Shown: positions 25,560 through 41,928, counted from the first letter of the stretch. The stretch is 64,000 nt of DNA from Octopus vulgaris (GCA_951406725.2 OX597830.1:50964001-51028000), one strand, 5' to 3'. Numbers and translations: made by a program. Notes: a model not told the origin generated them from the letters alone.

Positions 25560-26540
25560 CACAACAACATATACATATAAAATCTGGATGAAAGGTAACC
25601 TAAATAAAGACTTGGATGAACCCTAATAAACTAGCTAACATACGAAAACATATTCTCAAAACAAAAATATATCAGAAATAGAAATAGAACATATAAAAGG
25701 TAAAATATATCAGGAAAATCTAGATGGTAGCCACACAGAAATGCCAAATAAGATAAACACTGAGATAGTAAAACACGAAGACAGACGTAACATTTCCAAC
25801 AAAAGCGAAGTAAACAACAAAAGACAACAAACCCAGAGCGTACGAATGTATAATAACGTGCAAAAAGCACCAATCCAGAACACCAGAGACAAATATATGA
25901 ATGAGAAGGAAGGCGAAATAAATCTAAAACCTGGAAACAGTGAAGGGAAACCTAATGATTTTGATACTCTAAAAATGAGCATAATCAAAGAATTGAAAAC
26001 CAGAGATCTCAGAATGGACCACAGATTATACCTCCCAAAAATCAAAATAGACAATAAAACAACATCAATAATGAATAGCATGAACCTGGCCGTCACGGAA
26101 CTAATAGCCACAGAAACAAAGGTCAAAATCACCGAGCTATATGACATAATATATGCAGCAGCCACTGCAACCACAAAATAAGCTGGACAATCCTTCAAAC
26201 CCTTCCAAACAGGAGTACCACCGCCCAAGCAAACCATGTTGATAAATAATATCCAAATAAATATAGAAAAAAAGAGAAAAGATCTGTCAATTCTTAACAA
26301 AATTAGTAGACGGTCAACAAGAAGAGAACTAAGCAACAAGAAGAGAACTGTGCCAATGCAACATTACAGGAAAAGTTACACCTGAGGTAAAAGAAAAGCT
26401 AAAGCAAGATATCCTTGCCAAAGCACAAAAGATCCGCCGGTATGAGAAGCGCCAACGTTTCTTTGAACAAAATACACAGTTCAGCTCCAACCCCAAAACA
26501 TTCTACCAAGAACTTGGCAAAAATAAAACGGAACCAGCAT
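25560..26540 (+). mobile_element. R4/Dong-type LINE N-terminal ORF fragment
   Basis: ORF 25741..26181 (RLYLPKIK...ITELYDIIYAAA), continuing IEKKRKDLSIL and LKQDILAKAQKIRRYEKRQRFFEQNTQFSSNPKTFYQEL. Confidence 0.8.
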
Positions 26541-26920
26541 GATAAGTGGGAATTAGAAATAAAATTAGTCTACTCCCATCTGATATTAAAATGATCAAGA
26601 TTATCAAAGACGAAAACAATATTAAGGTAACAAAATCTATGAAGCTGTGAAGAAAATGACATAAATAGGATAAGTGAAATTGAAAAAGCAACCGAGAAAC
26701 ATAATAAGCCAATATTTCAAACTAAAGCAACACGTATTAAGACGTTTGGAAAAAATTCAAATTTTTTCGAGGAAAACGGTATGTTCAGAAACAATCTGAA
26801 AAGTTCTTATAGGAAAATTCCAAAAGTTAATATAACTATTAAAACCACACCTGCCGAGTGGGAAGTTTCAAAAGTTTTGGAAATCGAACTGGTCGACCCT
26901 TCAGAACATAATTGTTATGC

Positions 26921-27364
<444 letters not shown>

Positions 27365-28063
27365 ATAATTTTTATGCTCTTTGGATTCATCAACAAGTTA
27401 GAGACTCTTAACTTAATAAAGAGCATAAATGGAAAGGCATCTCTGTTGAGAATCTCAGGACTGCATTGAGAATATCTAAAAAGCGGAATTCATGTGATAT
27501 AAATAACAATCTCTAGCTTAGGTTTAATACTGTCCATTAATCTCAATTTGGGACTGATTCCTTTTATTATTATGATCCCAGGAAAATTCCTTACTATTTA
27601 GGGAATGGAGTTACAAAACTTATAATTACCGACCAATAACAGGGATATCAATCATTATTGAATGTATCTATATCTTCTGGAAGGATAACAAGTTATTCCA
27701 CGATGAACAAAGTGGGTGGAAACGTGTTTTGTATGATTGTAACGACAAGCAATCAATGAAATATATTCTAGAAGACCGCCACGAATGGCACAAAAATCTT
27801 CTCATTGCATAGAGTGATCACAAAAAATAAAATAATATAAAATAAAGAGAGAAATGTCTGACAGTCTTCTTCATAGCTGGATTGGTAAATTCATGGAAAT
27901 ATATGAGAGGTCTCTGATTGTTGCTAATTTTCTGTCGAATTCTCTGCAGCACTGGAAGACTATTTGTAAAGAGATGCTATGAACGCTTCTGACATTGACA
28001 TAAACTGCACCGTTTTTCAATGTGATTCTCTGTCAACACTACACTTTTGCTTGGCTCTCATAT

Positions 28064-28430
28064 AGACGCAGACGTAATTGTGTGGTAAGAAGATTGCTTC
28101 CCAACCACATGGGTTCCGGGTTCATTCCCACTCCGTTGCACCTTGGGCAAGTATCTTCTACTATAGGCTCGCGCCGACTAAAGCCTTGTGAGTGGATTTG
28201 GTAGACGGAAACTGAAAGAAGCCTGTCGCATATACTTGTGTGTGTGTGTGTGTCTGTGAGTTTGTCCCTCCCAACATCGCTTGACAACCGATGCTGGTAC
28301 GTTTATGTCCCCGATTGAATAAATCCTAGGCTTACAAAGAATAAGTCACGGAGTCGAGTTCTTCGATGAAAAACCTTTAAGGTGGTGCACTAGCATGGCT
28401 GCAGTCAAATGACTGAAACTGGTAGGAGAA
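28064..28430 (+). mobile_element. SINE family A, near full length
   Basis: Head, CCTTGGGCAAGT central part, internal (GT)n and CATGGCTGCAGTCAAATGACTGAAAC tail as in 41759. Confidence 0.85.
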
Positions 28431-28889
28431 TTTTCTCAAATATGCAGTTAAATGATACAAAATATGGGTACTGAGTTTACAATAGACAACTTTATCCCCG
28501 GAGAGAACAACGTTTCATATTCTAAATTCTCTCTATATCACCGATAGGTTCTGATTAATGTGTTACCCTTAATTTGTCAAGCCCTTTCTTATCTTTCTGC
28601 TCCGTTCTCACCTGATCTTTTCTCTTTATCTCACTCCCGATTTTGCTTGCGTCTCCTTATTTTATCAAACTTACATCCTTCCATCTTATACTGTCTCTTC
28701 TACCACCTCTTTTTGACGTATGAAGCTCACGTGGCCCAAATTTCCTTGTCTGCTGCAGCGAGTCGCTTTTTCATTGTGGATCTACATCTCTGCTGTCTCT
28801 CGTTAAATATATATATATTTATTTGAGAGAAAGATACGGAAGTGATTCAGGAGTTAAGAGTTTATAAATGGTACTTATTTGTGTGTGTT

Positions 28890-28935
<46 letters not shown>

Positions 28936-28979
28936 GATATACACATCCATCTATTTAACTAGTATATAATATTTTCTAA

Positions 28980-29075
28980 TCTAGGTACAAGGCCCGAAAT
29001 TTTTGGAGTGGGTGGGGGGCAGTCGATAAAATAGACCCCTGTACGCAACTGGTACTTAATTTATCGACCCTGAAA
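28980..29075 (-). mobile_element. SINE family B 3' fragment
   Basis: Reverse complement of CTTTC.GGGTCGATAAATTAAGTACCAGTT. Confidence 0.75.
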
Positions 29076-29076
29076 G

Positions 29077-29175
29077 CTATTATAGAAGCCATTTACCCAA
29101 GGTATCATGCAGTGGGACTGAACCCGGAACCGCATGGTTTGGAAGCAAGCTACTTACCACACAGCCACGCCTATG
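29077..29175 (-). mobile_element. SINE family A head
   Basis: CAGTGGGACTGAACCCGGAACC...CTTACCACACAGCCAC. Confidence 0.8.
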
Positions 29176-29579
29176 CCATTAAATTCTCCAATAGTTGTAT
29201 AATAGACGTATGCGGTGTGAAGCCATAATTTCGCACCAAAATCTGTGAAAGAAGTCGTTACTGCGTCAGCAAATCTGAAGACGACAGTAACTTATTGTGT
29301 GGCAAATCTTTAGTGAATTGAATTAATCTGACAGAGCAATAACACAAGTCAAATTTATCAACACAGATAAGACTCCACTAAATTCTCGCCTCTTCTATCT
29401 GGACAATACATCAGTGATAGATTGATAATGCCATCATACTTCTAATTCATTGTAATAGGATCAGCTGATTCTTTTCTTACACTTACCGTTTCACTTACAG
29501 TGTTATTGTGAATCGAATACCTTTAATTTTGTCACTGTGTGTTTTAGAATTCAAATCGTACGTATTTTATTTTTGTATT

Positions 29580-29755
29580 TTTTACATGTTTCAGTCATTA
29601 CATTGCGGCCATGCTGGGTTGTCGAACGAATCGATATCAGCATTTACTTTTTTAAGCCTGGTACTTATTCTATCGGTCCTTTTTACTGTGTCACTAAGTT
29701 ACAGGGATATAAACACATCAACACCGATTATCAATCGCTGGTGGGGGACAAATAT

Positions 29756-29788
<33 letters not shown>

Positions 29789-29815
29789 AAATAGGCTTCT
29801 TCGTCTATCGAAGCC
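29580..29815 (-). mobile_element. SINE family A 3' half
   Basis: GTTTCAGTCAT...TGCGGCCATGCTGG...GTACTTATTCTATCGGTC. Confidence 0.75.
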
Positions 29816-30431
29816 ACATACATAGCTTTGATCGCCTACTATGGCTACTATTGCTTTATACATCTGAAACAACACTATATGACCATTCTCGGAATATTTT
29901 TTTCCTCATAGCTCTGTATAATCAATGCTGAAGTGAAGATAAGAGACAACATTTACAATATACCTGCCTGATTCAATCTTGAACTCATGACCTAAAGATT
30001 TGCAGTGCAATGCTTTCTCCATTGTATCATAATTAATTAATGGCTGACATTTTCACCTTCAATCTTTTAAATATGATTCAATGTCATTGACTCTATCAGG
30101 GTGTCTTTAATATAGAAATACCAGTGAATGTATACACAAGAATGGGAGAAGCATTCCTGGAATGGTTTAGCAAATTCACTGACAATGGATAATGAAGAAT
30201 TTAACGTTTCGGACGTTCATTTCACGGAGAATGATGAATGAAGAAATATAGAAAATGGTGTCGTAGACTTAGTCATTAGGAATGTATACTTCCTGATCCT
30301 TTGTTCATATTGCACCTCACACACACCATTCCCATATCCCACCCCACTAAATTCCCCCTTTCATTTCTATCAGGTCTTCATTTGGCGGATTATAACCAAT
30401 GTAGCAACATATTCTCACTGTTGTTATTTAA

Positions 30432-30800
30432 TGGCAAATAGGCAGAACCGTTAGTACGCAAAAGTTCTTAGTGATATTTCTTCCGGATTTACGCTCTGAG
30501 TTCAAATTCCGCCGAGGCCCAGTTTACGTTTCATACTTTCAGGGTCGATAAAATAAGTAACAGCAATTGTGCAGCAATTTGAAACCATTATTTGACGGCG
30601 GACTAGCAGAACCTTAAGCACGCAAAACAAAATGCACAGGGGCATTTTCTCGGGCATTACATTCTGAGATCAAATTCTGCCGAGGTTGACTTTGTATTTC
30701 ATTATATCAGAGTAGATAAAATAGCTTCCAGTCAAGTGCTGGTCTCAATGTAATCAACTACCCCTCCCCTAAATATCAGGTCTTGTGCCTATAGAAAAAG
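30432..30800 (+). mobile_element. Two adjacent degenerate SINE family B copies
   Basis: TCTGAG.TCAAATTC.GCCGAGG occurs twice (~30495, ~30663), each followed by GATAAAATA. Confidence 0.75.
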
Positions 30801-31472
30801 GATTATTTAGCTGATACAATTCTTCCAGTGGTTAATTATTGATGACATCATCAGATCACCATCAGTGGACGTGGATTCAAGACAAGACTTTCATCTCAAC
30901 TCGCAACTAATAGTCGCATTCATCACTGATTCTACACACAGAGAGACTGTGAGTGAGAGAGCGAGAGAGAGAAGCAGGCAGAAAGACATACCCCACACTC
31001 ACATGCACTAGTGGTGTATATTCTATTGCCGGATAAGACACCCGCCTGGTGTTATATATCGTGCAACGCCATGTGTTTTTAGGGTTCATGTTGTTGATGT
31101 TATTTACTGTATGTCAACTTTGATACAGCAGACGTTTGGCCTACAGCATTGGTTGCTTCATCTTTTCTCATTGAAGCAGTATAGCCATGAGCTCAGAATC
31201 TAATCTGTAAGCTGTGTGGTGTAATTTGTGTGTGATTTGACAGATGCTTTTAGCAGGTCGAGCAAACTGACAAAATGCTCATCCCTCAGATCGAATCTAA
31301 TGTTGATATTGATATGTGTAAGAAAACCAGGTAGAACTCAGCGGGCAAAGCCCCAGATATTACAGCTGTAACCAAATCTCTCGACTTTGACTGGAACCTA
31401 GAAGTAGTTCTCTGCCCGTTCCCTCTCCTTCACAGAAATTGAAATCATCAGAGCAAACTAAATCGCTAAATT

Positions 31473-31850
31473 TAGGCGCAGGCGTGACTATCTGGTAAGA
31501 ATTTTGCTTCTCAGCGACATAGTTCTCGGTTCAGTTTTTCTGCTGTAAATTCGGATTAACCAATGACTTGCGAGTGGATTTGGTAGATGGAAAGAATCCT
31601 GTCGTATGTATTTATCAATTTGTGTGTCTTAGTGTGTGTGTTTGTCCCCTGCCACCGCTTGAGAACTTGCGGTGGTATTTTACGTTCCCGTAAGTTAGAG
31701 ATTCAGCCAAGTGACCAATAGAATAAGCGCCAAATCTTACAAAAAACTGATGATTTCTCGGCTTAATTCTTTCGACAATAATTCTTCAAGGCGGTTGTCC
31801 ATCATAGTTGTAGTCTAATAACTGAAACAAGACAAAAAAAAAAGAAAAAC
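31473..31850 (+). mobile_element. SINE family A, degenerate
   Basis: AGGCGCAGGCGTG...GAGTGGATTTGGTAGATGGAAA...ACTGAAACAAG. Confidence 0.75.
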
Positions 31851-33034
31851 TTGCTATTTTCTGAGAAATAATGGTTCTCATCTCCTCACGACAGGGTTTT
31901 ATTTTAGGGGATGTTATAAAACTTTTATTTTAAATCACTAGCGGTAGATTAGTCCACCCTGTGCGGTACTTTCAAAGGGGGACCACTTTTGGGTCCGCTG
32001 TAGGCAACATGTGTTTTGTGTGGGGTCCAAGGACGGCAAACGGAAGGGCCGCCCCGGGTGGCACACACTCTAGCTACGCTGGTAATTTTAATTAATCACT
32101 TTCGGTTTCGTGATAGTGGTGTAGGATTATATGCAGACCCTTGAAAACTTTCCCAAAATTCTACTTTTGAGGGGATTAATTTCGCTCAAATAACGACTCG
32201 TTAATGTGTTTATGCTCCTACTTACAACAGCTGAGAGGGCTTCTATTATAGCTAACTTCTGAACTCCGAGATATGTGTAAGCAGGGTGTTGGCATAATGG
32301 TTAAAGTTCGTGTGGAATTTGCTGTTTGGAAGTTATGCAGAAGATAAGTATTCCATCCAATGCAGCGTCCCTGTTCTGGATGATCTCTTAATATTTATCC
32401 CCACGTACAGATCATTCATTGATTTCACGGGAGTTCAATACGTTGCAAGCATTGGTAATTGAGGAAACTAATGATTGGAAAATATCTTCCTCCTCGATTA
32501 TCAAATGTCTTGGAGGTCCTTGAAAAATCTAATGGAAGAGACGATGATTAACCCAACGGGTTAAAGATTTTAAAGAATGAATACCGAGCAGGTAATTTCA
32601 TGAGAACATAATTTCCTTTATTCATTCTCACCAATCTCAGAGTTCCTGCAAAAAAAAAAAAAAAAGAAGTGTCAGTGAAGCAACCTATTCAAATGTATTT
32701 CAACCACTACAGAAAACCAAAAAAAAAGGAAGAAAAAGAGAAAAAGTAAGTAGAGGGTATAACACCAACAAGTATATTAGGGAATGCACAACACTTAATT
32801 CTTCCAGTTCATCATTTATAAACATACACACACCCACGCACGCACGCACACTAACGAGTACATGAGCCAAAACACAAGCGCAAACACACGCTCAGATATT
32901 CAGGAGAGAAACTGCACACATCCACCGCAGTACTAAGGTGAAGCAGAGGCTTTTATTTGTGTTTTTATCTTAGTTTTGCTTGTTTGCTCTTTCTGTCTCA
33001 TTTCATAAATAAGTGAAAAAAAATCCTCTTGATG

Positions 33035-33061
33035 AATATATATATATATATATATATGCAC

Positions 33062-33105
<44 letters not shown>

Positions 33106-33421
33106 GTGCATATATATATATATGTATATATATATGTACATATATATATATATATGCATATATATATATAAATGTATATATATATATGTACATATATATA
33201 TATATGCATATATATATATATATATATGTATGTACATATATATATATAGCATATATATATATATGTATATATATGCATATATATATATATGTATATATAT
33301 GTACATATATATGCATATATATATGTATATATATGTACATATATATGCATATATATATATTTTCATCAAATATAATATGTGTGACTTTATATGTATATAT
33401 ATGTCTATATATATATATATA

Positions 33422-33460
<39 letters not shown>

Positions 33461-34110
33461 TTGTATCTATCTGTTTATAAAGAATAAATGTGAGGGAGAT
33501 GAACTGTTTTTTAAATACGCCTCACTAGACTGAGAGCTCGCTTGATTTACTAATAATCTGATACAACAAATAGTCGGTTTATAAATAGATGTAATATTTC
33601 GACAGAAGATAGTGTAAATACTGACACTACGTCACACACGCATACTACACGCTCACGCATGCACACCTACACACTCCTACATGCGGACACGCACTCCTTA
33701 CACGCTTACTTTAATTATATGTATCTATAATAGACATACATATATGTGTATACATATTATATATATATGTATATATATATATGTGTGTGTGTACATACAT
33801 ACATATATACACATAAATATCTGTAAACATAGATACATACATACGCACATGCATATATATATATTTGTGTATACCTATATGTATATATTTATGTATTTAT
33901 GTATATATATATATGCATATGTGTGTATATATATATATATATATTTGTGTTTTGCATATATGTATATATGTTATATAAGTATATAAATTTGTAAACATCG
34001 ATTTGTGTGTGAATGTATATATATTTGCATGTGTTTGTATATATTTTTGTATGTGTTTATATATATTTATATATGTGTGTGTGTGTGTATGTGTGTGTGT
34101 GTGTGTATGA
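33035..34110. repeat. (TA)n-based low-complexity tracts with periodic TGCA/TGTACA interruptions
   Basis: Direct reading. Confidence 0.9.
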
Positions 34111-34664
34111 AACGTTCAACTAAATACACACTCTCTCTTTCAAATACAGGCGCATACATCCCTCCCCCTCTTCACACACATACTCACACGAGTGTATATA
34201 GAGCTATGAGTACGTATAAAAATTTGCCAATGGCGGTTTTCAAGAGTAAGATATTAAAGATTACCTACAGAGCGCTAATTGAAAATCTTGTGCGGCCATG
34301 CGTATCGTAGCTAAATGATATTGAAAATAACTTTTGTCCGCCTTCACTAAATTGCTTTCTTTGCTAATTTCTTTTTCGTTTTATCTTACATTTTCAAACT
34401 TACCTAACTTCATCTCCCTCTCTCTCTCCCTCTCTCTCTCTCCCTCTCTCTCTCTCCCTCTCTCTCTCCCTCTCTCTCCCTCTCTCCCCTCTATCACTTC
34501 CTCCTCTCTGTCTCTCTCTCCTTGTTTTTCTCCTCTTTCTTTCTATTTCACGCCGCCTTCACACTCTCTTCTTCTATAACTTCCTTTTAGTCTATCACAT
34601 TAATCTGCTCTCTGTCATAGCCTGGCTCACACTTTCCCAATCTCTCTCTCTCATCCCCGCTGAA

Positions 34665-34715
<51 letters not shown>

Positions 34716-34939
34716 GTGTGTATACGTCTGTGTGAATGCATGTACGTGTAAGTATTTCTATGAATGAATGTGCGCAGATATATTTGTATGAAAGAGAAAT
34801 ATTACACATTGCATATAGATGAGTTTCTATGTTCGAAGCTGAGCATTTACTGCCTCCTATCAAGCGTGAGAGACTCCTCGGAGTAACGAATATATACGAA
34901 TAATTATGTGTGTGCAAAGTGTCGAGCCAGCTGTATCGT

Positions 34940-35110
34940 CAGCAAGTCGGGCAAGATTCTTAGCGACATTTCGACCGTCTTTTATGATCTGATTTCAATT
35001 GTCGCTGAGGTCGACTTTGCTTTTCATCTATTCGACGTCGATAAAGTTGAGAACTGGAGTCGATGTAATCAACTGACACATTACCTCGAACTTCCTGGCT
35101 TCGAGCAAAC
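34940..35110 (+). mobile_element. SINE family B, degenerate
   Basis: GAGGTCGACTTTGCTTTTCATC...GTCGATAAA...GTCGATGTAATC. Confidence 0.65.
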
Positions 35111-35155
35111 CATTTAAAGCAATACATGTGTCTGTGTGTCTATGGGAATGTATGT

Positions 35156-35209
<54 letters not shown>

Positions 35210-35850
35210 ACACATACAAACCATATCATATATAAAGTAAAACATTATCGGATGTAAACCAAAGGCCAATCCAAGGTCAGTTTCAACATAAATTTCCAAT
35301 GGTTAGATCCAAGTTAGAAGTATCGGTTCAAAATAAGCGTTGAATGTATTAAAACAAGTTAAAATTCTCTAAACAAAGAGCTCAAAGGGAAAGATAAATA
35401 TAAAATAACATCATTTAGAAAACAGAGAGTACCATCAACAATACGTTAATGCGCTAACAAGTCTTTATTAACACAAACAAGTTCCTAAATACATTAACGC
35501 CTTATTCAGCATGTTACTTTATTGTTTGACTATTACTAATGTGATGTTTAAATTTGTTTTTGTACTTTCTTTCATCTACGCCTTAGGCATTCATTTAATA
35601 AATCGCTCTTCGCAATATTCCACAGATTGTCTTTTACAGATAATAAAACTCGCAGCAGCTACCTAACAGCCCATACATGCATATAAACATATTTTACATA
35701 CATATACGTATTCATGTGTTTACATATATATATATGTCTGGATGTGTGAGTGTGTGTGTGTGTGCGCGTCTGTGTGTATATATATATATATGTATGTATA
35801 TATATATATGCGCATATATATATGTATATATATACATATATACGTATATA

Positions 35851-35913
<63 letters not shown>

Positions 35914-36159
35914 GATATTAGCCAACTGAATATGGCTAGGGACAGGGCAGGGTGGTGGGGGTGTCACTGTTGCATTTAGCCCCAGGCGAACATCAACGTC
36001 ACCAGATTGGCCTGACGCCATCACGGCGTCCTCTATCTTGCAAAGGGAGATCATCCACCAAGAAGCGGATACCACACACGGACCTAGGTTTCAAGGTGTA
36101 TTGCCTATTATCAACGTGTGGTAGGCATCGCTTCTCGACCAACTGTGCAAGATATATAT

Positions 36160-36645
36160 AAGGATTTTCAAGTAAATACATTTACTGATTTCTGAAAATC
36201 CCAGTTTATCCAGATTCTCCTTTAAGCATTTACTAACAAAACCTAGTACTCCAATCATTATTGACATGAATGCCAATTCATAGTCTGGATATAGAAGCTG
36301 GATGTTTAAAAGCAGTTGTCCATAAATATCTCCTTTTCCTTTAATTTTCAAAGAGATATTTATATCTGCAGGGCAGCAGGCCTCCGTGATACTATATACC
36401 TTTGCCCCTCTATCCTAAACAACAAAATCCGACCTGTTATGCTTAAATTCGACAGAGGTTTTGATTGGAATATACCACCAGTATTCCTTGAGTTGGTGTT
36501 TATGAATGTATTCCATAAGAGAGGGATTTTCTAAGTTTATTTCAGCACAGTCTTTTTTGCGGATGGCATTGTAAATTGTTTTAGCAACAACAACGTGCCG
36601 CATAGGAAGGTAACACCGTGATGACATTTTAGGACATGCGTAATA
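36160..36645 (-). mobile_element. R4/Dong-type LINE fragment (post-CCHC + RLE), distinct family
   Basis: ORFs 36415..36666 (CPKMSSR.YLPMRH.VVAK...EYWW.IPIKT...HNRSD.VV) and 36091..36351 (K.DIYG.L..NIQLLYPDY...IMIGVLG). Confidence 0.8.
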
Positions 36646-36735
36646 CCTTCCACAAAAACATGGCATAGCCTACACATACGGTAGGCTATGCACCTTGGGA
36701 TAACAAGAGCGTCACTGTCTCACTTGTTCACCAGA

Positions 36736-36738
36736 TAC

Positions 36739-36779
<41 letters not shown>

Positions 36780-36816
36780 CATCAGCATCAGCAGCAGCAG
36801 CAGCAGTAGCAGTAGC

Positions 36817-36889
<73 letters not shown>

Positions 36890-36890
36890 T
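36736..36890. repeat. (TAG)/(CAG) trinucleotide repeat
   Basis: Direct reading. Confidence 0.95.
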
Positions 36891-37519
36891 GTTTCCTTGT
36901 TTTTTTTTGTTTTTTATGCAATTGCTTTAGTTGTTGTTTAACCCCAAGTCCGCTATCATCGAGAAGATCGATGACCAAAGGTGGTCCAAACTCCAGTCAT
37001 TATCTTTTATTGAGAAAAAGAAAAGATAAACAATTAATTCAGTAATGAGTTTTAAGTAATTAGATGGAATTTGATAAGTTTATAATTAAGAAGGCAGGTT
37101 TTTGTTTTGCTCCAGGTTATTCTTGATCGAACAGATATCGAAGGTTAGAAGTATTTCAGCATGATTGATTTACCAGTATATTTTAATGACAATTACACCA
37201 TCATTGTTGTCTGTCCGTGTTTGATCCGGCAAAACGTGAGGAAAATTTGACTGCAATTTGCAGGTTGAGGGACAACGAAGACGTTTCAGGAACCAAACGT
37301 ATCACAGAAAGCTATAAATGTCAGAGTATTCTAGATAAGGGATATTCATAAATAATTTTAAAGCATTATTTACATTATTAGCATTGAACGGATATGTTTC
37401 CTCATCTAGTTTGTTCTTACCACAACATTGCGGCTGATTTACTCTCCAGCCTTCATCAGGTGTCTAGGTGAAAGTGTGAAATCAACACTCTGTTCTCATT
37501 TCTAAGGTATTTTTTGATG

Positions 37520-37577
<58 letters not shown>

Positions 37578-37689
37578 CATTTCTTCAAGTTTTCTTCCGT
37601 TTCTCGCCTAGTGTTTTCCGTACACCTAGGTCAGAGAAGCTCATTGTATGTATTTCCAGATTACACACGCATATTCACAGGTAGAATAT

Positions 37690-37695
<6 letters not shown>
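37578..37695 (-). mobile_element. Short insert within (ATT)n, probably the 3' UTR of an R4/Dong-type LINE
   Basis: Unique ~120 bp with (ATT)n on both sides; loose resemblance to the 3' UTRs at 25000-25078 and 39020-39100. Confidence 0.45.
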
Positions 37696-37746
<51 letters not shown>

Positions 37747-37842
37747 GTACTCTTATCATTTATTCAAAGTATTATTCGGAATCTTGGGGTTAGCAGCCCG
37801 CGCTCTTAACCACTACGCTATAAGCCCGGGGCAGTGCCTTAA

Positions 37843-39100
<1,258 letters not shown>

Positions 39101-40569
39101 AATAATAATAATAATAATAACATAAAAATACCTTAGGAATGAGAACCCAGGGTTGGGTTCAAAATTCCACCAGGACACCTGGTGACGGCTGGAAAATAAA
39201 CCAGCCGAAACGTTGTAGTAACAACAAACAAGACGAGGATACATATCCGTCCAATGCAAATAATGGATATAACGTTTAAAATTCCTCATCTCTAAAATAT
39301 AGAACAGCAAACTTAAAGCGTTTTATTACACAGTACTAAAAGAAACCTGTGCATCTGTTGTCTTTCTATTCGGATCTAAATAATTTTAATCATTACGAGT
39401 TGATTAGTCTTAAATACAGAAATTTTGCGGAGAAGGACTGCCGATTAAATCAATAATAGTACCTTGCTGTTACTTCGTTTATTGATCGCAAAGCCATGAA
39501 AAGCAAACATGATTTAGGCAGCACTTGAACTCAGAATGTTGAAGAATCATAACTAAATACTACAAGACCCTTTGTTCGACTGTGACGATTTTTCTAACCT
39601 AACGCCCACTTATATGCTGTTGAATATACTCTGAAGAATAGTTTGTGTATTTTTCCATCTGTTCTAAACGATATTTTCGTGATTGTCTTTCGAGAATCTC
39701 TCTAACTGCATATCCTTAAATTCCACAGAAATCTTTTAAATATTGTTATTGAATCAAAACTATGTAGTAGAGAAAAGAAAATCAATATGTGAATAAGAAA
39801 TGATACCAATTCCTTTATGAAAATATCTTCTTCAGAATCTTCCTATGGCGTGTTTGTGCAGAACAATTTAACCTTCTACAATCACTGGAAAATGTTTAAT
39901 TTAAAATCAGAATTACTCCCAGCAAACTAAACAAATAAATATAGAAGTAGGATACATAAATCTGAAAAAAGAAAACATACAAGCGAAATTGATAATCATA
40001 TTTTATGTAAGTTATTTTAAGTTAATTGTGTTTTATCGTTCGCATTGGTGGCATTTAAATGAAATTCGAGCTGTCATGCAAAGTCAGATACAGGTTAATA
40101 AAGCAGACTGTTAGCTTTGTTAATTTCACAATTTAAATGAGATTTCTTTTTTGTTTTTCAGCAAAGTGAAGTATTGATTTGCTATATAAGCGCATGAACA
40201 TTTAGATTTATAGCTGTGTGCTGACCAGACATGAGATTTTTATTACCCCAAGAGAATTTACAGCGTATTTCATTTCGAAATTTTACTTCCGGGGATCGAA
40301 ACGATGTTGAAGACTTTCTAATCGTTTACGAAGGGGAGTGTGGTGTTCACTGTTTTGATTACAATGTGAAAATAAAATAATCAAATCACGAGAAACCGCA
40401 AGAACTCAAGTATAATGATTTATTAAATTAGTGAAGGTCTGTAGAATTGGCCCAAGGCCAAGCCACAGAACTTCACAGGTGAAGTACTGTCAGTTTTATC
40501 GACTTCTTTCCAGAGCTTTATTAGTATTTATTTACTGAACTCGATAAAATAATATAAATTATTTTTTTC

Positions 40570-40680
40570 AGCAACGTGAAATGCAGTGCTTTGCTCAAGA
40601 ACATAATGCACGAACCGTCTGGGAAACGAAACCATAATCTCACGATCATGGGTGCAATACCCTAACTATTAGGCCATTGG
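40570..40680 (-). mobile_element. SINE family D head fragment
   Basis: GCAACGTGAAAT...TTGCTCAAGAACA...GAAACC...CCCTAAC.A.TAGGCC. Confidence 0.65.
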
Positions 40681-41027
40681 TTTTCCAAAGAAAACTACCC
40701 TGTTATACATATTTCTCGCATAACAATAGGGAACACGGAAATTTAAAATCGGAAATTCAACAGATTATTCTCATAATCAGTGTATTTAATTAAAAATAAA
40801 CATAAATAGCTTCAATTTGTCCACTGTTTGCAATTGGGTTCAACATATTTTTATGAGAAGATTTTACCGGTTTTGACACCAGTTCAAACCAACAAGCGAA
40901 AGTAATTTGCTTGTATTTCATTTTACGCTTTGGATTTGTTCTCAAATGTTTTGTAGCAAATTTAGTTTCCGCATTCCAACATTTTTGTAAGTTTCATACA
41001 AATTTCCTAATACATGGTTTTAATGTG

Positions 41028-41265
41028 TTTCCTTCTCAAGCCATGCCAAGCTCATAAGGGCCGGTTTCCTGGTGTCAGTGGCGTATATATTCCCCACCTG
41101 GACGGGACACTGGTCCATCACAGAATTACTCACTTTTGCAAGCTGAGTGGACTGGAGCAATGTGAAATGAAGTGTTTTGCTCAAGAGCACAACACATCGC
41201 CCGGTCCAAGAATCGAAACCACAATCTTGCGACTATGAATCCAGCACCCTAAGCCACGCACCTCT
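41028..41265 (-). mobile_element. SINE family D
   Basis: tRNA-like head (GTTTCGATTC B box) and GTGTTGTGCTCTTGAGCAAAACACTTCATTTCAC core on the minus strand. Confidence 0.8.
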
Positions 41266-41439
41266 TCGGTTTTAATGTATACTTATGTAAATTATGACCA
41301 TGAATTAATAAGCTTTGCTATAATTCCAAAATATATATAAGTATTTTTAATAATTTTTACAAATGATTTTAACTAAAAATATATTATTTTTAATTCTATC
41401 AACTGACTAGTAATTTGAAACGTGCTTTCATCAATGATA

Positions 41440-41928
41440 GAAATAGCAGGTAGGATTCCTCAAATATGGCTCCACAGAAATAGAAGAGAACGAATGAAAA
41501 TGTGTCGTTTGTTTAAATGTTTCGAATTCTCAGCCTTTTATAAAGAATTATCGGAAGAAATACGTCGCTCATTCGCATTCAAATTTCTATTCGCAACCAT
41601 TGAAATACTGTTAGAATTCAGAAGTAACTATCAAAAGGCATAGATCAAAAATAAAGAAACAGTAGGCCTGGTAGATCGGCCATATTATAAAGCCACATAC
41701 AAAGGGAAATTAATCGGTCACTCCAGCGGTTATAAAAAAAATATTTGAAAAGATATATAGCCAGGAGTGGCTGTGTGGTAAGTAGCTTGCTAACCAACCA
41801 CATGGGTCCGGGTTCAGTCCCACTGCGTGGCATCTTGGGCAAGTGTCTTCTATTATAGCCCCGGGCCGACCAATGCCTTGTGAGTGGATTTGGTAGACGG
41901 AAACTGAAAGAAGCCTGTCGTATATATG

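Noticed and set aside
25710-26339. 209-aa hydrophobic ORF resembling a membrane protein
   Set aside because: It is the antisense shadow of the A-rich R4/Dong ORF.
40143-40380. Strong splice-acceptor-like TTTCTTTTTTGTTTTTCAG followed by AATAAA (also acceptors at ~1265 and ~22729)
   Set aside because: All frames after the 40161 acceptor close within 12 codons and no partner exons are visible; a non-coding exon cannot be supported without RNA data.
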